Source: Monocercomonoides exilis PA203 (lineage: Eukaryota > Protista > Preaxostyla). From it: a stretch of DNA of 64,000 nt. This document shows, in pieces, positions 37,791-50,345 of the stretch. Each line of letters starts with the position of its first letter. Within the stretch, counting starts at the first letter, position 1. The stretch covers positions 496,001 to 560,000 of the forward strand of contig LSRY02000026.1 of NCBI GenBank assembly GCA_001643675.2. Reading direction: 5' to 3'. Under the pieces are notes generated by a model. That model was not told where the DNA came from. It was given only the letters and a program-made list of their open reading frames with translations, and searched no databases. The position numbers and the translations under genes are program-made.

Positions 37791-39563
37791 CTCTCCTTTA
37801 TTTCCGCAACGTTTCACATCAAAACCATTCGATGAAATAAATATTTCAATTGAGCTGAATGGAACGAGGAATATGAATAAATCTTTGTTTGAATGATGAT
37901 AATCACTCCCCACAAACAAATTGCAATCATTTATCATTGAGGAATAATCGAACTTGAATGAGTCATTTTTCACAGAAGAATTAAAATCTTTACCCAAAAT
38001 GAACACATTCTTTCCAATGGCCGCATTGTTGTTCTCAAAAGTGATTCCAACATCAAAAAAGAATGGCTTTTTATTCAAGCAATTTTGACAATCCAAATAC
38101 AAGAACCCACCTTTTCCATTGCTTGATGAAAGTGAGCAAGATGATGCATTTGTTGATTTGATTACCAAATCTTCAACATTTTTTAATGTCACTTTTGCAA
38201 CGCCTCCTTCACCGCTTCCAGTGTTTACAATATTTGAAAAGTTGTTGTTTTCAAACAAAACAGAAGAAGCTAATACCAATGGTGATTTGGCAAATGAACA
38301 ATCTGCCAAACTGCATTCCTTCAATGTGCAACTTCCAGTGGTTGTGGTTATCAATGAGTATTGAACAGTATTTGTTGCTGATTGAATCTCAAACAAACAG
38401 TTTTCGAGTTGAAGATTATTACTCGATGAGATTAAGGAATTCTTGCTCGGTACAAATTGATTTGGAATCTGTAACTTCAAAGATAACATGCTGAGTGGCT
38501 GAATTGATGAAATAACAGATAAAGATGATGATGCAGAATCTCCATGGATTGTCTCTTCAAAATTGATATGAATATGTTTGGTTTCATCTCCCTCATTAAC
38601 GCACCCTTCAATCACAAGTGCATCTGAAAATGAATAAATATCTTCAATTGTCCCTTCATCTTTCACTTTCACTTTCCTTTCTCCAACTGTCCCACTTCTG
38701 TCAACGTGATTAATTCCACTTTTCATCGTTTCACATGGGAATATCTCATCTCCGCATCCCAAAGTGTCATGCCCACCAGTCGACACAGTCACCTCTATCC
38801 ACTTCAAAGAAACAAGAAACACTCGAAGATCCATTTCTCCATTAATCCCATCTTCCCCAACAAATGCATTCCCATCCTCTTCGTACTCTGTGTAAACAAT
38901 TGCAAAACGCTCTGTATTCACAGTATTCACCAGATTGCTGCTCTTCACAAACATGTTCTTCCCAACTGTTGCTGAGCATTCAGAAAACGATGTCGATGAA
39001 AGTTGAAATACTTCTCCATTTGAAGTGCAATCCAAATATATTCCTCCTCCTTTTCCTCCCTCACTCATATTCTCGCAAACACATCCAGTAAATGAACTCT
39101 CTTCAAGCGCAACATATCCTTCTGCACTCAACGCTATATTCAGTGCTTCTCCTTCTTCACTCTTTTCTGATAATGCCTCTTCAATATTGCTTCCATTCAT
39201 CATCATCCCAACCCCCATGTTCCCTCCAAACACTGCTGCCTCTCCTTCTCTATCAATCTCCAGACTTTTAAGTGTGCAATTCAACAACTTCATTTTGTAG
39301 TCCTGTTCATTCACATTTCCTGATGAAAGTGAAATTGAAAACAACGAAACTGTTGATTTCACATCTAAAATCGTGACAGACTCCAGTTCAACCATCTTCC
39401 CCGTCGATTTGATTAAGAAAAATGTAATTGTGCTTCCCTTCCCTCCATTCACACTCATCTCACAGTTCTTCAAGTGCAATTCACCATTTTGAGTGTTTGA
39501 TTCGATCACTGATGTGATTGTTCTGCTAAAACTTGGTGGAATAATATTCCCAACGAACTTCAT
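37746..39563 (-). pseudogene. Truncated chimeric copy of the 27081 receptor gene
   Basis: Identical to 27081-28693, then about 160 bp of a diverged paralog (SSMINDCNLFVGSDYHH vs SSMKDDNNLFVGSDDFH), then unrelated sequence. No TM segment. Confidence 0.85.
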
Positions 39564-40291
39564 TTCTTTTTAACCTTGCGCTATTTTTGTACAATTTTCA
39601 CTCAAATCGGCTATATCATTTAACATCTATCTTTTTTCAGAATAAAATAAATGATATTTTATGAGTTTTGTCAAAAATTTTAATGAAACAGTGTTTATTA
39701 TTGATAAGAATGTTTCACACGATTTGTTTGTTCTTCTTTATTCATTGGCACCATAGTTTAATAATAATATCCTTGTGCTGCATGCAAATAATCTTCCTAA
39801 AAATCATAATCAAAAATTGTAAAGAATTGAATGAAATGTTAATAATCATTTAGTGCACACTTTTATAATATTTCTAAACATTTTATTTGTTATATGTTCG
39901 CAAATGGGGGTTCAATTCTTGGCGAAAGAAAGCAAATTCTAAATTTTTGGATATTAAAAATATAATTGTGGGATTGACCAGATAATTTTAATTTTAAAAT
40001 ATATTTCTTTTTGTGTTTTATTTCTCAAATTTTTATTATTAAAATAGAACAATATTATAATTAATGACCTTTTATCCACTTTTTATTTCATAATTATCTT
40101 ATTTTATTTATTTTTTGAAAAAATACTCAAATTTATGGGTCAATTTTTAAAAATAGTTTTTTCACGAGAAACAAAAATTTTTGCGAAAAATCGGTCCATA
40201 CAAAGATTTTTAAATAATTTTTGCTTTTGAAACATCACAAAATTAATAGTTAAAATCCAGAATTACAAAAGGTAGACAGTTACACCTATGC
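37951..40291 (-). repeat. Arm 2 of the 2341-bp inverted duplication
   Basis: Reverse complement of 26353-28693. Confidence 0.93.
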
Positions 40292-41480
40292 AAAATCTGT
40301 AAAGCTCCTGCTGTATACTCTTCTCTGGAGCTGTCTGTATATGAATCCTTGGGTGCTCCTTCCCGTACTGTATCTTCTCGGGGGTCCACCTCTGGCTGTT
40401 GTGGGCCCGAAACCTGTTGTGGAGTCAGGAGATGCACCGTATCCTGCTGCATTTCCCTCTGCTTGAAAAAAGCTAGTACTCTCCACCAATTTTTTCAGGT
40501 TCTCCCGCACCTCTTTTGACATTCCTCCTTCTAAAAAGCCTTTCGCGCTTTCTTAACCCGATTGGGGTATAACCTTTAGTAGGTTAATTCTGCTGATACA
40601 GTCAGCAATAAGCGCATAGGCGCAAAACAGTCATCTCAGTCGTTCCTTCTCCTCTTCCATGAAATGCGCCTTCTCTAGTTCCTTCACTGTTAGTAATGCA
40701 ATTGCTTTAGCTGCTTCAAAGCCCGATTCAAGGTCCGGCTGGAGGATCTCAATTGCTCGGCTCGCTTCCGGTGAATCTCTTATCCCCTTTGTTGTGATTG
40801 CTGTTCTAGCTAGTTCATTCCAATTTGTGTCTGTGTGTCCTGTAAAAAACTCCTTCTCACTCTCTGGGATAAATGTGTTCAGTATGTCATCGTTCATTCT
40901 TAACGATCCAGCCTTACAAAATTCAATAAAGTTCTTCAACTCGCTCGCTTGTCTCCGGGGTGTCAACCACTCCCTGGGAAAAAATCTAGTAAAGTGTACT
41001 ATTCCTTCTTTATCTTCCTGAAATTCTTGCTCTTCCGAATCCCAGTCGCTCTCCTCTTCGTCTTCCCGTCTCCTCGTGCGGCTAACTGAACGACGCAATC
41101 TCTCACGCTTTCCTTGTTTCTGCTTCGCGATCAGATCACCGAAATCAACATCCGATTCCTACTCGCTCGATCTCGATTTGCTTCTTCTTCTAAGTCGCTA
41201 CCTCTTTTCCTTCTTCATTGGTATCATCTTCGCAGCTCCGGACTGAGTTGTCCATGTCTGGCTTCTAGTCATTTCCTCCATCATGTTTTCTACACTTGAA
41301 AGCCTGTGAATAGGATCAAATCCTCTATCCTCACTATCGCTATTTGGAACTCTAACAGTATCTTGAGTCATTTCAAATGCGGATAATGGTATGTAAAAAC
41401 GTAAAATTGTTGGAGAAATTTGATCTAAAACCACTCATAAATTAAATTAACATTCATTATCGAGGAGCAAACCTGCTCCT
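40292..41480 (-). mobile_element. Probable gag-region remnant of a second DIRS-like family, truncated by the duplication
   Basis: ORF pieces 41198..41434, 40631..41098 and 40286..40522 share a frame across stops. It ends FF (TTTTTTC) plus an Arg/Gly-rich tail with an overlapping open frame, like gag of the complete elements, and it interrupts the surface pseudogene at about 41480. No RT remains, so the call is inferential. Confidence 0.5.
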
Positions 41481-43854
41481 TGAGTTTGCAGATTCGAAGC
41501 ATTACGAATTTGCTAAATGAGTCAGTATCATTAACAATTATGCACAACGATGCTACTGAATTTTCTCATCATTGTTGCCCAACTCATATTTTCCTTCACC
41601 TGGAAGCTTAAGATTCCTACTCACATGCTCCATCTCAATATATATCGCTCCAGACTACCCATTTTCTGCCTTTCACTCCTTGAATGTGCATGCTTTTGTC
41701 CTTCACATCTTCACCTTCGAATTCTCCTCTCCCAGCAATATCTCCAACACTGCTGTCTTCCCACTCTTCGACTTCACTCCTTCCATCCGAAGCCCTTCAG
41801 CAACAATCATCCCGTTTGTCTCTTCTGTTTCATTATTCTTATTATTATTTTTGATCTCTTTTCCCTCTCCGATTATTCCATTTTTGATGCTCATTGCTGT
41901 TTCCTTTTCCACTTCCACCTTCTTCATTTCCACATCCTCTATCACAACTTTCTATGCTCCTTTCAACCAAAGACGGTGTCACTTTGAACAAAGCTGTTTC
42001 CCCATCATTAACACATTTAATACCTGTCATCATCAATGTCCCTGCACTCACCTTCACAAGATGGATTTTTATTTCTTCCCCTGTATTTGTAAGCATCCCA
42101 AGTGTATTGGTCGATGTTGTTTGCTTAAAATCACAAGTGTCAATTGTTAGTGATGTTGATTCTGAATCAGCATGAATCAAGGCATATGTGCTTGAACTAT
42201 CTTTCTGTTCATTTGCGACTAGTTCAGATGCTGATTTGAAATCAAACACCAAATTCTTGAATGTCACTGTTTTTTGACAGGTGAACAGATCGCTTTCAGA
42301 AATATTGCTACAATCTATCTCGACTTTAGTATCAGCTTCATTTCCAGTGTCCCCTGCTTCTACCACTCCTTCGATCGTAATTCCTGTCTCTTTTGAGAAT
42401 GTCACAGCATCTGCTTTAAGTACTTCTTGGTTTGATTTTTCATTTTCTTTTAATATTTTAATAGAAAATTCTCCTGGACCTTTTGATTTATCCAATAAAT
42501 CATTAGCTCCTTTTATTGTTTTAAATGGTTTTGTTTTTGTTCCATCTGCTGTGTCATCACTTCCTCCACTTTGAACATATGCCTCATGTGGATCAAAATA
42601 TATTGCAGTGAAATCAATATCCTCACCTTCATCAGTTCCCTTAGCTGCAACAAACCAGTCATTTGTTCCTTTCACATAGTTTTTGGCAAATTTCTCTTTC
42701 ATTGCTTTGGCAATTTCCTTGAACTTTTCACTTTTCACATCAAGATACAAACCCGTACTCTTTGATCCGGCTGTGCAATTAGTAAATGTCAATTTATTTT
42801 CTTCAGACCATATCAATTGATTTGCATTTGAAATTGCTGACATCTTCAGATATATCCCACCTGATTTCCCATTGGCACATTCACACGAAGAAAATGTTGT
42901 TTTTGTACCTGAGAATCGTGAACTTTCTGAAATATTAAATTTGCTATCTGATTGATCACTTTCAACATACAATGCTCCACTTGTTGCACTTCCAGCTTCT
43001 TCTGTTGATATGCAATTGGCAAATGTACACCCATGGACATTCACTTCAATCTTTGTTTCACTTTTTCCCCCAATCTTCACCACTGCACTTGCACTCGACT
43101 CGATGTTATTCAATGTCGATGCAATCAATGTCACTTTTGTTGCTTTGTCAAACAAAAACGGAGTGGTTGAAAACTTAGCAGTGTTGTTATCATCACTGAA
43201 AGATACTGCCTCCATGTTGAATTCACCTGCTTCCACTTTTACTAAATGTATATTGGCTGTTTCTGTTTCTGTTGGACGAACAAATTGGCAAGTGCTTATT
43301 GTTAGATTAGGTGATAGTTTATTTGATTCTGTTGTCATGGATGAATGATCAGACAACACTTGAGTTGATCCCCCTGAATTTGCAACCAATCGAATAATAG
43401 CCAATGTGCTTCCATCATTAGATGCATTTCCAAGTGATAACGGATATATAAACTTCAGATACTTGAATGTCACATTTTGCTTACAAGTGAACAGATCCTT
43501 GTTAGTATCACTTTCACCATTTCCCTCAGCAAGATATGTGCAGTTTATTTCCACTAACTCAGGAGTCCCATTTGCACTTTCATTTTGTTTTCCTTGGATC
43601 ATTAATGAAACGTTTTTATCAAATTCATTCACTCCTGCTACTAATGCAGGTTTATCTTCATCTTGCTTTATAATTGTAATGTTCAATTGTTCTACACTTG
43701 AATCATTAAGCTTGGTTAATGCATCACTAATCTTTCCAACAGGGCTACTTTCAGTTCCATTTCCACCAGTTGCTCCACTTTTAACGAACACTTCTTTTAC
43801 ATTTTCAGAATATATGGAAAGCACAACTTGTAAAAATACAAATGTCAGAAACAT
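41480..43854 (-). pseudogene. Chimeric two-module pseudogene paralog of the 45771 surface protein
   Basis: The 5' 1.6 kb is near-identical to 45771-47390. After a frameshift near 41960 a stop-ridden frame matches the last module of the intact gene (SGAIYIEM...NLKLPGEGKYELGNN vs AGAIFIEV...NLKLPGEGKLELGDN). Confidence 0.85.
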
Positions 43855-44552
43855 TTTCAATTGATGTTCTTTTCTCAATTCAATCAAAGATCTACAAATC
43901 TTGACAGCTTTTCCATCTCATTTGCTCCATCTCTTGTAAAGTGGTTCTCATCCACTCTTGTTTCTTCAAAACTATCACCATATCTTCATCCACTTTTCAA
44001 AAACTCCCAATCAAGCTCATGGACAAACTGAACAAAAGATACAATGTTCCTGATGATATCAAATGATATCGGATGATCTCTTTGATTTTGCTGATGGAAA
44101 GTTCTTGTTGTGTTTTCTCATAATAAATAATAGGAAGATCTGTCACATCATAATGAATCAAAAACCCTCCATTCACAACTCCCAAACAAATCATATCAAA
44201 CCAACAATCCTTCTTCTTCTTCTGTTTCTTGTTTCGCTGTGTCCCTCTGTTGTTTGATAAATATACATGAAAACTGAAAACATGTTCCAAAAACAAAAAT
44301 TTGAATAATTATAGAAATTATTTTTATTGACAGAATAAACTCAGACATACATTTTCTTGGCTTCCTTTCCATGGACAACATCTTGACCTCATCATGTTCT
44401 TTTGTTTCAAGAGTGAGACTAAAAGTCATTTATTATTCTTTCTCCAATTCAAAATACATTACAACAACAAAGTCCATCAACGATGGTCCATTTCCTTTCC
44501 TGCAATCATTCCATCTGTATCCATTCCGAGCCCATCTCTGCCATTTCACATG

Positions 44553-44597
44553 TGGAATGGAATGGAACATGGAACATGGAACATGGAACATGGAACA
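44553..44597. repeat. (TGGAA)2(TGGAACA)5 tandem repeat
   Basis: Directly visible, in the spacer between the head-to-head surface genes. Confidence 0.9.
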
Positions 44598-45770
44598 AGA
44601 ACAGATCTTCATCGACAAATGTTTGGTTGATCCTCACAAACACATTCAAACATTCAGCAAGGTGTTCATTTTGAAGAGTGGAAAGAAAGTGAAGTTGAGA
44701 TTACTTTGACACTATGACAGCCCACACATATTACTGTGCCTTTTGCTGTGTCATTGATGAATACGTGTGTGTTTCCATAAGAAGTTGCTGTCCACTGGCA
44801 GTTTGTCCACACACTTCACACATCGAACAAAACATTAAACAAATATATGTTAAATTAACACAAATGCTTTTCAAACATTCAATCATTTCAATTTGTTTTG
44901 TGCATCTATCAATTTATTTATTGAACAACAAACAAACATTTAAACAACAAAACAATTAAACAATAAAACATGAATATTATCATTATTATCAAATGTTTCT
45001 CTTTCCATTGGCTTTTGTCAATGATTCAACATGTGATTGTGCTCAATGAAAGAAAAATCATCACTGGTTGTTGTATGGAAGTATGTTGAATCAAGAATTT
45101 AATAAATGAAGAACATTATTGAAAACAACAAATGAAATGTATTTTTTTTTATCCATTAAAAACTGCACCATTTGAATGTCAACAAAAATGGTGTAGTATT
45201 AATTCGAAATATACTTATGACAATTGTTATACCCTTTATTTAATTGACACATACCCAGAAAAACAAATCATTTTTATTCTGTTTCTTTATTTTTCATGTG
45301 AACTCAGTCTCACAAAAATGTTATCAATTAAACATTATTAACCCTTCCAACTCAATGTTTGTTTCATTTATTTTCACAATTTGTCCTTATTCATTTCATA
45401 TCAAAAGCACAGATAATAGGAGAACTCACAAGAATCAGAAACACTTTCTGAAGGATAATTTTGTTTGAAAAAGCCACACATAATATGACACGTCAAGTCC
45501 AGCATTTTGAACATGAACCAATCTTACCAAATAATAATCAGTGAAAAATTGAAACAATGACTTTTATTGATTATTAATAATTTAAAAAGGAATTTTCTAT
45601 GAGTAATATTTATGAATACACTCTTTCTAATGAAATATGAAAATTTTCAATAATTCGAAAAAATACCAAAAAATACAAAGTATGTGATTAACCATAAATT
45701 ACAACAACAATTATACGATTAATGTGTCTGTAGATCTTTGATTGAATTGAGAAAAGAACATCGATTGAAA

Positions 45771-48700
45771 ATGTTTCTGAAATTTGTTTTTTTACAAGTT
45801 GTGCTTTCCATATATTCTGAAAATGTAAAAGAAGTGTTCGTTAAAAGTGGAGCAACTGGTGGAAATGGAACTGAAAGTAGCCCTGTTGGAAAGATTAGTG
45901 ATGCATTAACCAAGCTTAATGATTCAAGTGTCGAACAATTGAACATTACAATTATAAAACAAGATGAAGATAAACCTGCATTAGTAGCAGGAGTGAATGA
46001 ATTTGATAAAAACGTTTCATTAATGATCCAAGGAAAACAAAATGAAAGTGCAAATGGGACTCCTGAGTTAGTGGAAATAAACTGCACATATCTTGCTGAG
46101 GGAAATGGTGAAAGTGATACTAACAAGGATCTGTTCACTTGTAAGCAAAATGTGACATTCAAGTTTCTGAAGTTTATATATCCAATATCACTTGGAAATG
46201 CATCTAATGATGGAAGCACATTGGCTATTATTCGATTGGTTGCAAATTCAGGGGAATCAATTTCAGGGTCATCTGATCATTCATCCATGACAACAGATTC
46301 AGATAAACTATCACCTAATCTAACAATTAGCACTTGCCAATTTGTTCGTCCAACAGAAACAGAAACAGCCAATATACATTTAGTAAAAGTGGAAGCAGGT
46401 GAATTCAACATGGAGGCAGTATCTTTCAGTGATGATAACAACACTGCTAAGTTTTCAACCACTCCGTTTTTGTTTGACAAAGCAACAAAAGTGACATTGA
46501 TTGCATCGACATTGAATAACATCGAGTCGAGTGCAAGTGCAGTGGTGAAGATTGGGGGAAAAAGTGAAACAAAGATTGAAGTGAATGTCCATGGGTGTAC
46601 ATTTGCCAATTGCATATCAACAGAAGAAGCTGGAAGTGCAACAAGTGGAGCATTGTATGTTGAAAGTGATCAATCAGATAGCAAATTTAATATTTCAGAA
46701 AGTTCACGATTCTCAGGTACAAAAACAACATTTTCTTCGTGTGAATGTGCCAATGGGAAATCAGGTGGGATATATCTGAAGATGTCAGCAATTTCAAATG
46801 CAAATCAATTGATATGGTCTGAAGAAAATAAATTGACATTTACTAATTGCACAGCCGGATCAAAGAGTACGGGTTTGTATCTTGATGTGAAAAGTGAAAA
46901 GTTCAAGGAAATTGCCAAAGCAATGAAAGAGAAATTTGCCAAAAACTATGTGAAAGGAACAAATGACTGGTTTGTTGCAGCTAAGGGAACTGATGAAGGT
47001 GAGGATATTGATTTCACTGCAATATATTTTGATCCACATGAGGCATATGTTCAAAGTGGAGGAAGTGATGACACAGCAGATGGAACAAAAACAAAACCAT
47101 TTAAAACAATAAAAGGAGCTAATGATTTATTGGATAAATCAAAAGGTCCAGGAGAATTTTCTATTAAAATATTAAAAGAAAATGAAAAATCAAACCAAGA
47201 AGTACTTAAAGCAGAAGCTGTGACATTCTCAAAAGAGACAGGAATTACTATAGAAGGAGTGGTAGAAGCAGGGGACACTGGAAATGAAGCTGAGACTAAA
47301 GTTGAGATTGATTGTAGCAATATTTCTGAAAGCGATTTATTCACCTGTCAAAAAACAGTGACATTCAAGAATTTGGTGTTTGATTTCAACTCAACATCTG
47401 GACAAGAAACAAGCGTATCTGAAGGGAAAGAAGGACCATATGCCTTGATTCATGCTACTGATGGATCAGTTTCTCTAACAATTGATACTTGTGATTTTAA
47501 GAAAACAACATCGACCAATACACTTGGGATGCTAACAAACACAGGGGAAGAAGTGAAATCTCATCTTGTGAAAGTGAGTGCAGGGACATTGACAATGAAC
47601 AAGGTCGAATGCACTTCTGAGAACGAAGTGAAATTTTCAGAGACACCATTTTTGGTTGATGGAACAACAACAGCAGTGACAGCTGTATCATTGACATCAT
47701 TGAATCTGAAGAAGATAACATCAAATGGAAGTGCTGTTATAAAAATTGTTGGAAATACAGACACAGCTATTTCAGTGAAATTGGACACATGCACATTCAC
47801 AGAATGCAAATCGGAAGATGCATCAACAGATACATGTGGAGCACTTTATGTGAAGAGCGAACATGCAGAAAGCACATTCTCCATTGGAAACACTGGGAAA
47901 ACAACATTTGAAAAATGCACATGTGTAAAAGGGAAAGCAGGAGCAATATATCTGGAGATGAAAAATGCAACAAAAGCAGATGAACTGACATGGCCAGAAA
48001 CAGGAACCAATTTAGAATTTACTGGATGCAAGGTTTCAGATTCAGATACAACTTCGAATGCTGAAAAGAACACAGGATTGTATTTAGATGTGCCAGTCAG
48101 CCTTCATAGAGACATGGCAATAGCGATGAAGCAAAGCTTTGCATCTGGATACAAGAAAAATGAAAATAAATGCTTTGTTGTTGCAAAAGGAACTGATAAT
48201 GAAAATGAAGTTGATTTCACAGAAGTGTATTTTGATCCGAACACAAATGTGTATGTGAGTCCAGCAGGAAGTGATGATAACAACGATAATGGATTGAGCT
48301 ATGACAACCCAAAGAAAAGTCTTGATAAAGCATACAAATTGTTTGGAGTGGGTGTTGGAGGAGAAAACTTCAAGATCAATATCATCAGAACGAATGAATC
48401 ATTCAAAGCTGCAGCTGTCACATTTGAAAAATTTTCATTGATAACGATTGTGGGTGTATCCAAAGCAAATGGAGAAGAAAAAGAAACAGAAGTGGAGATC
48501 GATTGTAATGTTAAATCAGAAAGTCATTTGTTCACATGCAAGAGTGAAGTTGAGTTCAGAGGAATATCCTTCTTGTTCCCATTGTCATTGGATGAGCCAG
48601 AGGAATCAAATACCGATCCACATTCATTGATTGTTGCAGATTGTGAAAGTGCTAAGTTGAGTATTGTGAACTGCAAATTTGTGAGACCAGAGCCAGATGC

Positions 48701-49463
48701 ACCCAGAAATGATGAAGAAATTGCCAAAATCCATCTTGTTAATGTGAAAGAAGGAGAACTTTCAATGAGTGGAGTTGAATGCAAGGGCGATAATGAAGTG
48801 AAATTCGAAAAATCATTGTTTGATATTGAAGGTGCTTATTCAGTCAAACTTGATACAGTTGAGATCAACAAAGTGAGTGTGACAGATGGAGCAGCAATCA
48901 ACATCCAAGATGCAGCTGAAAAAGCATCGAGTGTTCAAATAGAAGGGTTGACCATGAATGGAGTGAAATCAGAGAATGGATTGTGTGTAGGTGTTATGAT
49001 CAAGATGGTTGATGACGATTCGACAGTGGAAATGGGAAGAGGAAAGAAATGTTCATTCAAGTCATGTGAAGCAGCAAGTGGAAAGGCAGGAGCTATTTTC
49101 ATTGAAGTGAAAGATGCAGTTGATAATTTGAAACTTCCGGGTGAAGGCAAACTTGAGTTAGGTGACAACAAAGGGAAAGATTCATCGGTGGCATCACTGT
49201 GCATCATTGCTCCAGACTTTGATAAGTTCAGCCAACAGAAAGACTCCTTTGAGTTTGCGAAGAATTACAACGACGATAACAAAGGATGGATTGTGGGGGC
49301 AACAGATGAAGAGGCTGCTCCTGAAGATGTGTATGAGAAATACCTGAAGGAGAAGAAAGATGAGCCAGAACCAGAAAAGAAGAAGAAGATGAGTGCAGGG
49401 ACTGTGGTTGCTATTGTTGTTCCTATTGTGGTTGTGGTGGTTGTGATGGTTGTGAAGAAGTGA
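45771..49463 (+). CDS. Type-I membrane surface protein, about 1230 aa, three ~400-aa predicted parallel beta-helix modules (adhesin / pectate-lyase-fold-like)
   Basis: ATG at 45771 gives signal-like MFLKFVFLQVVLSIYS. Modules start VFVKSG.., AYVQSGGSDD..GT..KPFKTI and VYVSPAGSDD..G...NPKKSL. Repeated IDC/LFTC, IHLVKV and G(G/A)I(Y/F) motifs. C-terminal TM VVAIVVPIVVVVVVMVV then KK-stop. Confidence 0.88.
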   Translation: MFLKFVFLQVVLSIYSENVKEVFVKSGATGGNGTESSPVGKISDALTKLNDSSVEQLNITIIKQDEDKPALVAGVNEFDKNVSLMIQGKQNESANGTPELVEINCTYLAEGNGESDTNKDLFTCKQNVTFKFLKFIYPISLGNASNDGSTLAIIRLVANSGESISGSSDHSSMTTDSDKLSPNLTISTCQFVRPTETETANIHLVKVEAGEFNMEAVSFSDDNNTAKFSTTPFLFDKATKVTLIASTLNNIESSASAVVKIGGKSETKIEVNVHGCTFANCISTEEAGSATSGALYVESDQSDSKFNISESSRFSGTKTTFSSCECANGKSGGIYLKMSAISNANQLIWSEENKLTFTNCTAGSKSTGLYLDVKSEKFKEIAKAMKEKFAKNYVKGTNDWFVAAKGTDEGEDIDFTAIYFDPHEAYVQSGGSDDTADGTKTKPFKTIKGANDLLDKSKGPGEFSIKILKENEKSNQEVLKAEAVTFSKETGITIEGVVEAGDTGNEAETKVEIDCSNISESDLFTCQKTVTFKNLVFDFNSTSGQETSVSEGKEGPYALIHATDGSVSLTIDTCDFKKTTSTNTLGMLTNTGEEVKSHLVKVSAGTLTMNKVECTSENEVKFSETPFLVDGTTTAVTAVSLTSLNLKKITSNGSAVIKIVGNTDTAISVKLDTCTFTECKSEDASTDTCGALYVKSEHAESTFSIGNTGKTTFEKCTCVKGKAGAIYLEMKNATKADELTWPETGTNLEFTGCKVSDSDTTSNAEKNTGLYLDVPVSLHRDMAIAMKQSFASGYKKNENKCFVVAKGTDNENEVDFTEVYFDPNTNVYVSPAGSDDNNDNGLSYDNPKKSLDKAYKLFGVGVGGENFKINIIRTNESFKAAAVTFEKFSLITIVGVSKANGEEKETEVEIDCNVKSESHLFTCKSEVEFRGISFLFPLSLDEPEESNTDPHSLIVADCESAKLSIVNCKFVRPEPDAPRNDEEIAKIHLVNVKEGELSMSGVECKGDNEVKFEKSLFDIEGAYSVKLDTVEINKVSVTDGAAINIQDAAEKASSVQIEGLTMNGVKSENGLCVGVMIKMVDDDSTVEMGRGKKCSFKSCEAASGKAGAIFIEVKDAVDNLKLPGEGKLELGDNKGKDSSVASLCIIAPDFDKFSQQKDSFEFAKNYNDDNKGWIVGATDEEAAPEDVYEKYLKEKKDEPEPEKKKKMSAGTVVAIVVPIVVVVVVMVVKK

Positions 49464-50345
49464 AGATAGATGAATAATTATGATGATGTTGGAAGAGACA
49501 AGGGATAGGAGATGAGGAGCAATGTGTTAGAAAGATGGTATCTGAAAAGAAGAGAAAGAGTGGGAGGACTAAAATTCTTAACTGTCAATTGATATTTTTA
49601 TTTTTAATTTTGTGTAATTACCCGTTCACAATATTGCTGCTGATTGTGAAAGATGATACAAATGTGAATGTGAAATATGTATTTATATTTGTATATGTAC
49701 ACTATTCTTTTTATTCACAATTCACTATTTCCAGAAAAGCCTTGGAATGAGTTTGAGGGTGGAGGAGAAGAAGAGAAGAAGAAGAGAGAAAGGCTTCTGA
49801 TGTTTGTGATGGTTGAGAGATCATAAAACATATCATTGTATTTTTGATTGTCAATTTTAATGTATTATTTAACTCGACTTCACCAACTATAATTTTTTTT
49901 AGTAGTTGCAAGTTGGTTTAGTCGTTGTTTTTCTTTTAATGCTAATTTATATTTTTGTTCTTTAGTTCTTTTAATTTTTGTTTTTTGCTATTATCTTTTG
50001 ACTTGCTGAAAGGATGCGCTTTCAATTCAGCAGGAAAGATGCTAAGTTTTTTCTTTGCTGAATTGGACATATTTGCCATTTTTTTTTTCTTTTTTCATAT
50101 TTCAATTATTTGACTGGCACATCGATCAAAAAGAAATTATTTGGATTCTTTGTTTTTCAGTTCACTTTATTTGGAGCACAGGTATTTGTGAAGACTAACA
50201 AGAATAAAAACATGAGAAACGGTATAAAACATTTTTTTTATAATTAAAGTGCATAAGCACCTTAATTATCAAGAAAGTGTTTTATCAATTCCTTCTCTTG
50301 TTTGAGAGACGCCACAATCTATGGGTCAGTCGCCACATTTGATCA

